Positions 26,608 through 35,477 of a stretch of DNA of 64,000 nt are shown here, piece after piece. The DNA is from a virus. The translations under genes were made by a program, and so were the position numbers. Each line of letters opens with the position of its first letter. Position 1 is the stretch's first letter. The notes under the pieces are model-generated. The model was given only the letters and a program-made list of their open reading frames with translations, was not told the origin of the DNA and ran no database searches. Where the stretch lies: IMG/VR virus record IMGVR_UViG_3300037245_003639; one strand, written 5' to 3'.

Positions 26608-28128
26608 CTAACGTCTATACACTCCTAACAACGCAGCCAAGTCCGAAAGGTCTACGTCTCCATCAAAGTCAAAGTCTCCCTCGGCTGGCGTCGTATCCCC
26701 GGTCTCTCTGTAGTGGCTGAGGAGTGCGGCGAGGTCAGAGAGATCTACATCCCCATCTCCATCCATATCACCAGGACGATGCGAAGCGTATTCATCGGCA
26801 CCCATGTCCACCAGCCAGCCAGACCCGCCATCCCAAACGCGCAATTGACCGTCCATATCACGCTCATAGAGTGAGTACAGAACATCAGGATCGCCGGTAT
26901 CAATACAGGGAGAACCTGACAACAGATGCCCCTCGCTGCCCAGTAGAGGGTCGAGAGCGATAGAAGTATCGTGGTCCCAAAGAAGCACGCCGCCCGGGGT
27001 GATAAAAACCCCATACCAGCCATATTCGACATCAGAATATGAGACTGTGACGGTGCCGGAACTGCTAATGGCTATTTCCGCCCCCTCATTTGCTGTATCT
27101 CCCCATAAAATCGAATTCACTAGATAAACATCGCCGCGGTAGTCGCAGTGGACGCCGCCGCCACGATCGAAAGCCGTGTTCCCCGTGATCGTGCAGTTGG
27201 TGATGGTTATGTCGGAGTAGTAGTCGCAGTGCGCCCCACCGCCGCCGTCGTCAGCCGTATTCCCACTGATTGTGCAGTTGGTCAGCGTCGCGCTGCTGTT
27301 TTCACTGCAATGGACGCCGGCGCCGGACCCGCCCATGTTGTCGCTGATCGTGCAGTTGGTCAGCGTCGCGCTGGAGGAGTAATAACAGCTAATGCCGCCG
27401 CCGAAGGAGCTTGCCGTGTTCCCCGAGATCGTGCAGTTGGTAATCACCGAGCTGGAGTCGCGGCAGTAGATGCCCCCGCCGTAGCCGTCTGCCGTGTTGT
27501 CGTTGATCGTACAGTTTGTGAGCGTGGGGCTGCCGATCCGACAGTAGACGCCGCCGCCGTAGACTGCCGTGTTGTCGTTGATTGTGCAATTTGTAATGGT
27601 CGGACTGGAGGAGTCGTTGCAATAGACGCCGCCGCCGTTTGTGCTTGCCGTGTTCCCAATTATTATGCAGTTTATAATAACCGGGCTGGATGAGTTGATG
27701 CAGCGGATACCACCGCCATAATCGCTAACCTGCCCATTAGTAATAGAAAATCCATTCACCACGGAATCAGGCCCTTCACCAAACCTGAAATAGAACCCCC
27801 TGCCATCACCTTCGCAATCGATGACGCAATTAGCAGCTCCGTTCTCGGAGCGCACCGTGACCGCCTTACCGCCAAAGTCCAGGTTTTTGTTGAAAAGCCC
27901 CGTATAACGCCCATTGGCCACCAGAACAGTATCGCCATCTTGACAAAGGAAGATAGCTTCCTGAATAGCATCGAACGGATGCTCGACAGAACCATCCTCC
28001 AGTGGGTCACTAACCATCGGATCGCCGGGACCGGGGTCACTGGGTGCATTGTCATCAACATACCAAGTGGTTTGGCTCCAGGCAGGAGCAATAACGAATA
28101 ACAAAACCGAAAGAGTGAGATATCTCAT
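26608..28128 (-). CDS. secreted parallel beta-helix repeat protein with C-terminal dockerin
   Basis: Signal peptide, NCTI(S/N)(G/D)NTA beta-helix repeats, and C-terminal DMDGDGDVDLSDLAALL plus DFDFDGDVDLSDLAALL (type-I dockerin Ca-binding repeats). Confidence 0.7.
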   Translation of the reverse strand: MRYLTLSVLLFVIAPAWSQTTWYVDDNAPSDPGPGDPMVSDPLEDGSVEHPFDAIQEAIFLCQDGDTVLVANGRYTGLFNKNLDFGGKAVTVRSENGAANCVIDCEGDGRGFYFRFGEGPDSVVNGFSITNGQVSDYGGGIRCINSSSPVIINCIIIGNTASTNGGGVYCNDSSSPTITNCTINDNTAVYGGGVYCRIGSPTLTNCTINDNTADGYGGGIYCRDSSSVITNCTISGNTASSFGGGISCYYSSSATLTNCTISDNMGGSGAGVHCSENSSATLTNCTISGNTADDGGGGAHCDYYSDITITNCTITGNTAFDRGGGVHCDYRGDVYLVNSILWGDTANEGAEIAISSSGTVTVSYSDVEYGWYGVFITPGGVLLWDHDTSIALDPLLGSEGHLLSGSPCIDTGDPDVLYSLYERDMDGQLRVWDGGSGWLVDMGADEYASHRPGDMDGDGDVDLSDLAALLSHYRETGDTTPAEGDFDFDGDVDLSDLAALLGVYRR

Positions 28129-28376
28129 GTTTTTCTCCGACCGCCCCGTTTACCCAATTCCAGTGATTTGTCAGGACCGTAGAAAATATACTGCACTACT
28201 TCGACGCTGACCGTGTGGCCATGTGCTTTGGCATGTCTCGCTGCAACGCCCTGAGCATTCAGACTGGACCATTCCTTCTCACAGTCTTGGCATACTGCAA
28301 AAATGCATCGGCGACCCAGTTTGTAGCTCATGTCAATCCTACCAGCTAATTCCGTAGTCTCCAAGCAAGTCGGCAA
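28125..28376 (-). CDS. small zinc-binding protein
   Basis: CIFAVCQDCEKEW...HAKAHGH. The start is uncertain because the ORF overlaps its neighbour. Confidence 0.3.
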   Translation of the reverse strand: MPTCLETTELAGRIDMSYKLGRRCIFAVCQDCEKEWSSLNAQGVAARHAKAHGHTVSVEVVQYIFYGPDKSLELGKRGGRRKT

Positions 28377-29115
28377 GGTCGCTTAGATCGACGCACCCAT
28401 CACCGTCGAAATCAGCGTCAGGGTTGTAGTCATCATCGCCGGTGCATGAGAAGTAGGCCGCTAACAGCGCGGCGAGGTCGGAGAGATCCACGTCACCGTC
28501 ACCATCGATGTCGCAGATCACAACGACTTCCAGATCATCTATCCATACATCATCATGATGTTCCGGTATGTAATTCCCAAGACTGAGTTCAACAGAGTAG
28601 ATAGCATTACCTTCCGTAGATATACCAAATCGCCGACTATGTCCGTCACCTCCTCTGGATGGTTGTATTTGATGAAGTGGGTTACCTTCGGCATCAAACG
28701 CAGTTATAAGAGTACCCCATCCCTCTGCTGATGCTTCGAGATCAATGAAGCTTGCGCTTACAGATTGAACTCCCCGTGGACTGCCGCTGATTGGATCGAC
28801 AAACCGTAACCGAAAAATCCCCGAAACCCAAACCTCGCCAGGGATGACCCCAATGGAAGGGGCTGGAATCAGTACGTGGCCCAAATACTCTCTACCATCA
28901 CCATACACATTTTGCATAGTTTGTCCATTTTGCACGGACGGCAGTTGAGACTCGTCAGGATCTCCCAGGTGAGAAATGGGTTCGAAAACGATTCCCACAC
29001 TCATCAACTGGTTCGCCAGGATAGTTCCCACGGGGAATGTATCAAAATTCACAGTTGTCGTCGAGCCTCCATAGGCCACAGCCGCGAGCAAGAACGATAC
29101 CAAAGTCGCTTTCAT
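28339..29115 (-). CDS. secreted protein with C-terminal dockerin
   Basis: MKATLVSFLLAAVAYGG signal peptide behind a GGAGG RBS. C-terminal DIDGDGDVDLSDLAALLAAY and DFDGDGCVDLSDLADLL. Confidence 0.65.
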   Translation of the reverse strand: MKATLVSFLLAAVAYGGSTTTVNFDTFPVGTILANQLMSVGIVFEPISHLGDPDESQLPSVQNGQTMQNVYGDGREYLGHVLIPAPSIGVIPGEVWVSGIFRLRFVDPISGSPRGVQSVSASFIDLEASAEGWGTLITAFDAEGNPLHQIQPSRGGDGHSRRFGISTEGNAIYSVELSLGNYIPEHHDDVWIDDLEVVVICDIDGDGDVDLSDLAALLAAYFSCTGDDDYNPDADFDGDGCVDLSDLADLLGDYGISW

Positions 29116-29167
29116 AGTTTGCCTCCAGAGAATCACAGAATCATAACCAGGACTACTGCCGAGATGT

Positions 29168-29196
29168 ATGCTACCAGAGATAGAGAAGATTGTCAA
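29168..29196 (-). promoter_or_regulatory. sigma70-type promoter (TTGACA-17-TAGCAT)
   Basis: ccTTGACAatcttctctatctctggTAGCAT. It lies in a roughly 47-bp block that is duplicated at 29684-29730. Confidence 0.6.
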
Positions 29197-29221
29197 GGCT
29201 TTTTTCAGGGTGCCTCATCTC

Positions 29222-29674
29222 TCAAGCACATTGGATACCAGCAACAATCGAGACCAGCACAATTACAGCCGCGACCCCGACGACTACCGGCGCATGTCGG
29301 CCACTCAATTCTCGACATCGGCGACATGCTACTTGGCCCTGCGCCTTCATAGCCGCCATCGCCCTCTGTCTGTTCTCCTTCCACTCCGCTCTCAGTTCAT
29401 TTTCTCTCTGGAGTTGCTCTTGGCATTCCCTTTGTTGTCGCGCCGCTTGTTCGTTATCTTGTTCCTTACGCTTCTTTATCACAGCATCCGGGATGGCGGG
29501 CACTGCCGCAATCGCGATGAGCGCAAGTAGACTAAAAAAGAATCCCACCGCAAACCACCCGCCAGGATCTCGGTTTTTCTGGCCTGCGATGTAGGCGCAA
29601 AACCCACCCATCACAACACCCCCAGCAAGCATTAGGATCAACAAGAGTCCTACCGGCAACTCATCCATAGCCAT
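29222..29674 (-). CDS. membrane protein
   Basis: Three TM helices and a Gln/Arg-rich coiled segment. Confidence 0.45.
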   Translation of the reverse strand: MAMDELPVGLLLILMLAGGVVMGGFCAYIAGQKNRDPGGWFAVGFFFSLLALIAIAAVPAIPDAVIKKRKEQDNEQAARQQRECQEQLQRENELRAEWKENRQRAMAAMKAQGQVACRRCRELSGRHAPVVVGVAAVIVLVSIVAGIQCA

Positions 29675-29684
29675 CCTCCAGTAA

Positions 29685-30245
29685 TTATATGCTACCAGAG
29701 ACAGACGAAATTGTCAAGGCTCTTTTAGAGTGTCCAATTTTCTCCATTAGTTTCTCCATAAAATCGGCCACTTTTCTTAGTTCCTCCGCCGTCGCATCAC
29801 TTTTTATAGTGTTCGCCCGATGGCTGATAATCTGAACATTTCCCTTAACGTATCCTTCTGATGGGACAATTCGATCCACTGTAGGAGAGTTGTGTCCGGC
29901 ACCACCTGAGTTGATTTCGAGTGTGTAACCAAGAACAGGACATTTTTCCGGAACCTTAACATCATCATGAGTCAAATTAAACGGAAGCCCTCGTTTTTTT
30001 GCCCGAGTCTTTGTTTGGTACAGCAGATAGGATTCAGGATTCCGCCTGATTTCTGCCCGCTTATACGCCCGCATAGCATCGGGATCTTTCTTATACTTAC
30101 CATTGTAGCTCTTTAGGGCTCTGGCAATCTCCTGGCCTCGATTTTCAACGTAATAACGTTTTAGATAATCCTTACACTTGGAACATGTTTTCAAACCATT
30201 GAAATCGGACTCTGGGCGGTCTTGTCCACATCTGGAACAAATCAT
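29685..30245 (-). CDS. HNH endonuclease
   Basis: CSRCG...CSKC zinc ribbon plus GHNSPTVDRIVPSEGYVKGNVQIISHRAN (the H-N-H core). Its last 10 codons overlap the promoter copy at 29688..29716. Confidence 0.65.
   Translation of the reverse strand: MICSRCGQDRPESDFNGLKTCSKCKDYLKRYYVENRGQEIARALKSYNGKYKKDPDAMRAYKRAEIRRNPESYLLYQTKTRAKKRGLPFNLTHDDVKVPEKCPVLGYTLEINSGGAGHNSPTVDRIVPSEGYVKGNVQIISHRANTIKSDATAEELRKVADFMEKLMEKIGHSKRALTISSVSGSI
29688..29716 (-). promoter_or_regulatory. sigma70-type promoter (TTGACA-17-TAGCAT), the duplicated copy
   Basis: ccTTGACAatttcgtctgtctctggTAGCAT. Confidence 0.55.
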
Positions 30246-30312
30246 GGCAATCTCCTGTCAAAAGCCTATTGATACTTAGGCTTTCGACGAAAGAGATGTC
30301 TGTTCCTTTATT

Positions 30313-31257
30313 TTATCCAAAAAAGTCATCGGCGTGGATGAATTGGAATCCGCATCGAGAGGCGAAGGTGCGATCTGTCGTCTGATCCCCCACCATTATT
30401 GAGTCACTCGGGGACAGGTTATGTTTCATAATGAACTGGACGCCCAATCCGCTCATTGGTTTGCGACAGTAGCAGTTGATGGGAGCAGGGTTATGAGGAC
30501 AGTAGGCATACTCAATGTCTACCTGGAGCTTCCTATTCGTAATATCAAAGCAAGCTCTAGCTTGCTCATCAGTTGGGCTCCCCTTGGCCACTCCGCTCTG
30601 GTTGCTGACGCCGAGTAAGGCGTAGCCCTCTTTTTCATACTTACGCAGGACAGCCGCCCGCCCTGGAAGAACCACAACTTGCTTCGGGTCTGTAGGCCAC
30701 TTCAACTCTGCCCCATTAGTATCTTCGCTTACCCGGAGAGTGCCATCGTAGTCCAAGATGATAGCGGCGTTCGTCCACTTTGCGGGAAAGCCCCGCATAA
30801 ACGGTCGCCTGTCAACTCGATGGAAGCCCTCAGCTACAGTGGGCGCCTGGAACTGCTTGCGGTAATTGAACAACACAGCAGTGGGAAACATATTTGGGCT
30901 GGAATGCTTTTTGATTTCCTCAGGCATCAACAGTCTGCCTTCACGCTCGATCATCCGCACGCAAGCGTTGAATTGAGCGTCTTCGATGGTGGCTGTGAGC
31001 CAGTCACAAATGACTGTAACATCGAATTTTTTGGCAGCCTCAAGGAAGGGTTTGCGGCTCTCGACTGTAGGGAAGGTGTTGTCGAGAACAACGTCTTTGC
31101 CCGCTTTGAGAGCGGCCACCATCTTGGGAACCAAATCAGCTACTTTGCCCCCGGCCTTATCTCGATTGAGATAGACAAAACCCTGCTCTGTATAGGCCGA
31201 GGCGATTGAGGACTTACCCGCAGCGGGATAGCCCATTACCATAACGACTCGTGGCAT
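30313..31257 (-). CDS. pnkp: T4-type polynucleotide 5-kinase / 3-phosphatase
   Basis: N-terminal P-loop GYPAAGKSS (kinase) and C-terminal ILDYDGTL (the DxDGT HAD-phosphatase motif), in the same order as T4 Pnk. Confidence 0.7.
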   Translation of the reverse strand: MPRVVMVMGYPAAGKSSIASAYTEQGFVYLNRDKAGGKVADLVPKMVAALKAGKDVVLDNTFPTVESRKPFLEAAKKFDVTVICDWLTATIEDAQFNACVRMIEREGRLLMPEEIKKHSSPNMFPTAVLFNYRKQFQAPTVAEGFHRVDRRPFMRGFPAKWTNAAIILDYDGTLRVSEDTNGAELKWPTDPKQVVVLPGRAAVLRKYEKEGYALLGVSNQSGVAKGSPTDEQARACFDITNRKLQVDIEYAYCPHNPAPINCYCRKPMSGLGVQFIMKHNLSPSDSIMVGDQTTDRTFASRCGFQFIHADDFFG

Positions 31258-31264
31258 CAGATTC

Positions 31265-31489
31265 TCACGTTGCAAAGTAGATGACGACAGTAACGACAGT
31301 AATCAAAGCAGCTAGTCGAACGTAGATGCGGGCTTCCATGCCATTCACGCCATTCACGCCATTCACGACTTCCGCTCGCAGTTTCTCGTAACAATCCGGA
31401 CTAATGTCGCCGTTGGCAAGAGCTTCGGCAAAATGCACCGTGTGGCCCGGTGACTGTATCGTCTCCGCAATCAGCTTCTGGCTGTCCAT
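31265..31489 (-). CDS. hypothetical protein
   Basis: 74 aa with a C-terminal TM segment. Confidence 0.35.
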   Translation of the reverse strand: MDSQKLIAETIQSPGHTVHFAEALANGDISPDCYEKLRAEVVNGVNGVNGMEARIYVRLAALITVVTVVIYFAT

Positions 31490-31890
31490 CAGTCTTCCTT
31501 TGAGGCTTTCACGATACGAGGCATGGTTTGGTCTGGAACTTTGTAGAAAGCGACGTAATACTTCTTGTCTTCTACCATGCTGTTGTAGAGTTCCAGGTCT
31601 GTGGTTTCTTCTGAGCCTTCACAGAGCCAAGTCTTTTGTTTGTCATCTACGACGAAGAATTGTTCCTTGTGCTCTCTCTTCTCGGCGATGGTAATGAAAC
31701 AACGCTGTAGATTCTGCTGGGCTTCCTCAACTTGTTCGAGTTCTCTTGCTCGATTGATAGAAGGGATGAGGATTGAAGCACAGAGCGCGACAATAGCCAC
31801 CACCACGATGAGTTCGAGTAGCGTGAAGCCTTTAGTCGGGATAGAGCTTTTGGCGTGCCTCATTGAGTTTCTCCGATACGAACTCAGCAA
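31489..31890 (-). CDS. prepilin-type (type IV pilin or pseudopilin-like) protein
   Basis: KGFTLLELIVVVAIVALCASILIP is the classic prepilin N-terminal cleavage and methylation segment. Confidence 0.6.
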   Translation of the reverse strand: MLSSYRRNSMRHAKSSIPTKGFTLLELIVVVAIVALCASILIPSINRARELEQVEEAQQNLQRCFITIAEKREHKEQFFVVDDKQKTWLCEGSEETTDLELYNSMVEDKKYYVAFYKVPDQTMPRIVKASKED

Positions 31891-32059
31891 GCAGACTGCC
31901 TTCTACATCTCCGTCGTAGAATTTGGCCAACAGTGCGTCATCCCCTGGCTCGTCCTCAGTTTCTGGGACGCCATCTCGTTCTAAAAGCTCCCAGCATTCG
32001 TCCTCGTGATTACAGCGGAAATACAGTTTGCGAACATCGTAGGTTTCTTGAAGTTTCAT
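31832..32059 (-). CDS. small acidic hypothetical protein
   Basis: 75-aa ORF. Confidence 0.35.
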   Translation of the reverse strand: MKLQETYDVRKLYFRCNHEDECWELLERDGVPETEDEPGDDALLAKFYDGDVEGSLLAEFVSEKLNEARQKLYPD

Positions 32060-32098
32060 TCTCGCCCTCAGTGATGGATGAATTCCTCGGGCGGAATG

Positions 32099-32184
32099 AA
32101 AAAAATCAACGTGGGAGATATGTTCCCGGCTACACCACCGACCCTATGGATCGAGCAGGATTCGAACCCGCCATCTTCTCCCAC
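32099..32184 (-). ncRNA. tRNA-like small RNA candidate 2 (74-nt cloverleaf-like core plus U-tract)
   Basis: Promoter 32191..32219 puts the start exactly at GTGGGAG. The RNA forms a 7-bp terminal helix GTGGGAG/CTCCCAC enclosing three hairpins, the first being GCGGG-TTCGAAT-CCTGC (a T-arm consensus), and ends in GTTGATTTTTTTC. It shares the motifs ATGGCGG(G)TTCGAATCC, GGTGTA(A/G)C(C)GG and GATTTTTTTC with candidate 1. Confidence 0.5.
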
Positions 32185-32190
32185 ATTTCT

Positions 32191-32219
32191 ATCATACCAT
32201 ATGTACCTGAGACTGTCAA
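32191..32219 (-). promoter_or_regulatory. sigma70-type promoter (TTGACA-17-TATGAT) driving the tRNA-like RNA
   Basis: ccTTGACAgtctcaggtacatatggTATGAT. Confidence 0.65.
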
Positions 32220-32234
32220 GGGAAATCCTGAGTG

Positions 32235-32804
32235 TTACGGGACTTCCGGAGCAGTGATAGTCACGAATTTCTTGAGCATGTCCGTGAGCGGCACAGACTG
32301 TCCCATGGCGGAACTATCGGAAAAAGCCTGATTGACAATGCGAGTGAAACCTGTCAAGCCCAAAGACGGAAGATCCTCGGCATTCTCCAGGAAAACGCCA
32401 AGCGTCAGCAAGCGGGCTTCTTGGTTGACGTAACCCTCCATCTCGCCCATGCTATCGTAGAGAACTTTCCACGCTCCCGGCAGATCATCATTCAACGCCG
32501 CTTCGCCAGCTTCGATGACGTTGCCGATGCAGAAGATAGCTCCACCCAGAATCACTGAAACCATCGTCACGGTGAACACGAGTCTGCCAATCACGCCCGG
32601 ATGCTCTTTCATGTAGGCTCGGGCTTTCTTGACGCGGAAGCCTACCACGCGCATGAATCCAGCCAGCAAAACCAGCCCACCAGCAGCCATCCAGCCCCAC
32701 GACAGGAAACCCTGCCATAGAGCCCGCATCGCAACAGGGTCAAACGCGATTTGTACCCCGTTCTCTGTCCATTCAGCGTCCATTTCGGAACTCCAAGTAG
32801 TCAA
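32235..32804 (-). CDS. membrane protein
   Basis: Several TM helices (WGWMAAGGLVLLAGFM, LVFTVTMVSVILGGAIFCIG). Confidence 0.45.
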   Translation of the reverse strand: MTTWSSEMDAEWTENGVQIAFDPVAMRALWQGFLSWGWMAAGGLVLLAGFMRVVGFRVKKARAYMKEHPGVIGRLVFTVTMVSVILGGAIFCIGNVIEAGEAALNDDLPGAWKVLYDSMGEMEGYVNQEARLLTLGVFLENAEDLPSLGLTGFTRIVNQAFSDSSAMGQSVPLTDMLKKFVTITAPEVP

Positions 32805-33090
32805 TTACAGTCCCAGGCAAGAGATGTTTCGGATCCCATCTCCACGTAACCAGTGCGAACATGGGCCAGCAACAGGCCCATAATATCAATGCTTCGGGAT
32901 ACATCAGGAAACTACGGATGAAATGCACAGAGAGCTTCTTCAACTCAAACTTACCTGAGATAGCTTCGTCGAGTCGGAGCATCAGAGCATAGCAGCGTTG
33001 CAAATAAGCAGCGGCTGCCAGCTTGACACAAACCCAACCGATAATCAGGCTGGCCGTTGAAAACTCGATGACAATGCGGTCTTCATCCAT
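32773..33090 (-). CDS. membrane protein (leaderless)
   Basis: Trimmed to MDEDRIV, 7 nt downstream of the TATTAT of promoter 33098..33126. Confidence 0.4.
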   Translation of the reverse strand: MDEDRIVIEFSTASLIIGWVCVKLAAAAYLQRCYALMLRLDEAISGKFELKKLSVHFIRSFLMYPEALILWACCWPMFALVTWRWDPKHLLPGTVIDYLEFRNGR

Positions 33091-33097
33091 AAACACG

Positions 33098-33126
33098 ATA
33101 ATACCCGTCTTTGAGAAGATTGTCAA
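33098..33126 (-). promoter_or_regulatory. sigma70-type promoter (TTGACA-17-TATTAT)
   Basis: gacTTGACAatcttctcaaagacgggTATTAT. Confidence 0.6.
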
Positions 33127-33833
33127 GTCTTTGAGTCTGTCTTTTCTTCATCTTCTGGCTCCCCTTCATAAAGAGGGGCAAGCTCGAAGGATGGCTCGGG
33201 TTGGCTCGGAGTGTAATCGTCCAACCTTAGCTCTCCATGGGCCTTGAGCCCCACAGCCCAAGTTTGGTTCAATGTCAAAAGTCGAGGGTCTACAATAACA
33301 TCTCCAACATCACGTTTGCATTTACTGCATTCCAAGACATGGATAAAAGGTCTACGGGCCACAATATCATCTCTTGTCCATGACTTCAATTGTTCCACAC
33401 CGCATTCGAGACATTGCCATTTGATATAGGCGGTAGGAATGGCTGGTTTATTGTAGTGAGGTTTATGATCCTCTACATATGTCGCGAGAATACGGGGCAA
33501 CTTGGATGGAGGGGTTTTATCAAAGGGATGGCCACAGACTGGACAGAACTTTACGTTCTTTTGGACAATGATGACGTTACAATTAGGGCAGCGTGGCTTA
33601 TAGCTGTCGATTTGCGGTATCAGTTCCGCAGCAAGTTGTTGGACAGTGGGCGGCGTCCACTTGGGTGGTTCCCAATCCGCTTTTTCCTCTAGCGCATTGA
33701 TTTTGTCGCGTAGCTCCCAATAATTCCTGGACTCCCTAGCAATCCGAGCAGTTTGTTTGGCGAGCACTACTGATACCGCGATGATAAACCCTACAAAGGC
33801 GGCAATAGAGAATCCTATCCACACGGCAATCAT
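33123..33833 (-). CDS. membrane-anchored protein with zinc ribbons
   Basis: N-terminal TM segment, then CPNC...CPVCGH and CLECG...CSKC. Confidence 0.45.
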   Translation of the reverse strand: MIAVWIGFSIAAFVGFIIAVSVVLAKQTARIARESRNYWELRDKINALEEKADWEPPKWTPPTVQQLAAELIPQIDSYKPRCPNCNVIIVQKNVKFCPVCGHPFDKTPPSKLPRILATYVEDHKPHYNKPAIPTAYIKWQCLECGVEQLKSWTRDDIVARRPFIHVLECSKCKRDVGDVIVDPRLLTLNQTWAVGLKAHGELRLDDYTPSQPEPSFELAPLYEGEPEDEEKTDSKT

Positions 33834-34011
33834 GGCTCTGCTCGTTTGAAATTCCGTAATACCGCACGTACTCGCAGTTGTAATCGAGACCACCGTGATC
33901 TTTGCCGCCTGGGTGGCTTATTTGCTCGGCATACAGCAAGCATCGTCAGCATCGGCAGGGCAAACGGTAAACGTTTGATCCGAGCCTCAAGTTCTTGATC
34001 ATTCATTCCAC

Positions 34012-34494
34012 TCATGGTTGCTCGTCATCAGACTTAGTTTTCCTGCCGGGCAGATGTGCTTTTAACGCATTCAAGGCTCCACGAGCGCCGCCTCGAATCC
34101 CGGCTCCCACGCCAGCAAGATTTGCGGCTCGCCGTTCGACAGTAAGATCGTCGCTTGTATATTCTTCTCCATCAGGCCCCCAAGACCGAACTTCAACGGT
34201 CTCCATTCCTCCACCACGAGAATACAAGGCCACAAGACTGTTACCCCACGGGTCTATCTCAGGCAGAATATGCTTTGGCTCATCATTGTCTGGTCGCTTG
34301 TAAACGCCAGCATCTGTTGTCTGGCTATCCAGATTGGCTGCCCATTTCGTGCAGAGATTCTTGGCGGTCTCAATTTGCGCAGCGTTCTTCGCGGCGTTCT
34401 CGTTCATCTTCCAAATTGCAGCGCAGCCAAAGACAAGAATCACAAGGACTGTGACCCCTAGAGCAGCGTAATGTTTGTTCCCGTCTTTGTTCAT
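34012..34494 (-). CDS. membrane-anchored GspG-like (pseudopilin-domain) protein
   Basis: A signal-anchor, then PEIDPWGNSL and SWGPDGEEY, which resemble the DPWGN and SxGxDG motifs of type II secretion pseudopilin GspG. Confidence 0.4.
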   Translation of the reverse strand: MNKDGNKHYAALGVTVLVILVFGCAAIWKMNENAAKNAAQIETAKNLCTKWAANLDSQTTDAGVYKRPDNDEPKHILPEIDPWGNSLVALYSRGGGMETVEVRSWGPDGEEYTSDDLTVERRAANLAGVGAGIRGGARGALNALKAHLPGRKTKSDDEQP

Positions 34495-34591
34495 CCTTAA
34501 TCCTCTAAAGCTTTGGACCAACTTGCCCTAAACGTATTCCCTTCGGGCAACATCTGATCTCGGGTATGGTGATACAGTTCTTTCCTTCTGG

Positions 34592-34771
34592 TCAGCTCGG
34601 AGTTTTCGTATCTTCATTGAGTTCTCTTGTGATCGCTTTGCGAACTAAATCCGACATCGTGACATCCGCATCTTGCTCAATGCTTTTCTTCCGCGCCAAT
34701 CGCTTGAGCCGATCACGGTCGTTCGGATCAACCAAAACCGATATCATCACTTTTCTGCTGTTTCTGCTCAT
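34592..34771 (-). CDS. ribbon-helix-helix (CopG/Arc-type) DNA-binding protein
   Basis: MSRNSRKVMISVLVDPNDRDRLKRLARKKSIE is the RHH beta-strand plus helix signature. Confidence 0.5.
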   Translation of the reverse strand: MSRNSRKVMISVLVDPNDRDRLKRLARKKSIEQDADVTMSDLVRKAITRELNEDTKTPS

Positions 34772-34841
34772 ATGAGGGAGTATACCATATGATGCTATGA
34801 AAGTCAATAATTGACGGCGATGATTTCAGATTGGTTTTCGG

Positions 34842-35477
34842 CTAATATCTTTCCGAAGTGATATCGCGATATTTAAGCTTGAATTGGCAACGCGACTTCT
34901 TCGAGCTATTTAGGTCAAGTTGCAACTTACCGCGTTTCTTCTTTAGCACAATGCCTTCGGTGAGATGCATTCCCATGCCACCTGCGATCCAGTCGTCCTT
35001 GAGTTCATTGAAGTGGCCAAAGAAATCATTCTCGCGGGTCTCGGCCAAACAGACATCCTGCCCGTTGGCAAGGTCTTGACAACGAGCCCAACGCTCGACG
35101 TATGGTTCATTGGGCAACCATGCGTCATCCCACGCCAAACAGTCGAAGATGTAAACCCGAGGTTCATGGCCTCCCCGTGGACCCACGAACTCAGCATCAA
35201 TGACTGTCTCATCAGGAATGGGCAGCCGCAGCAACTGTTGGATGATGACTTCGGGCATCTTCGATCTGGCACTGATAAAGCGCCCCACCCGAGACAGTAG
35301 CGACATACCGGCTGGAGTTTGACCATCAGGCAACAGGATCATACCTGCCGATTTGTAGATTTCCAAACGCCAGCCATCATATTTGTGCTGACTGAGCCAT
35401 TCATGGGGGCGCAGGGTAGGCAATAACTCTGGTGTGCATTCCTTGGGCTTATCTGGATGACGAAAGCGCTTGAGCAT
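34842..35477 (-). CDS. minimal ATP-dependent polynucleotide ligase (DNA-ligase-like nucleotidyltransferase)
   Basis: Motif I KYDGWR (KxDGxR), motif III VIDAEFV, motif IV EGIVLKKK and motif V FKLKYR. Confidence 0.6.
   Translation of the reverse strand: MLKRFRHPDKPKECTPELLPTLRPHEWLSQHKYDGWRLEIYKSAGMILLPDGQTPAGMSLLSRVGRFISARSKMPEVIIQQLLRLPIPDETVIDAEFVGPRGGHEPRVYIFDCLAWDDAWLPNEPYVERWARCQDLANGQDVCLAETRENDFFGHFNELKDDWIAGGMGMHLTEGIVLKKKRGKLQLDLNSSKKSRCQFKLKYRDITSERY

Noticed and set aside
29990-30010. The T8 run (CCTCGTTTTTTTGCCC) as a terminator
   Set aside because: It lies inside the HNH coding sequence on the sense-opposite strand, with no preceding stable hairpin.
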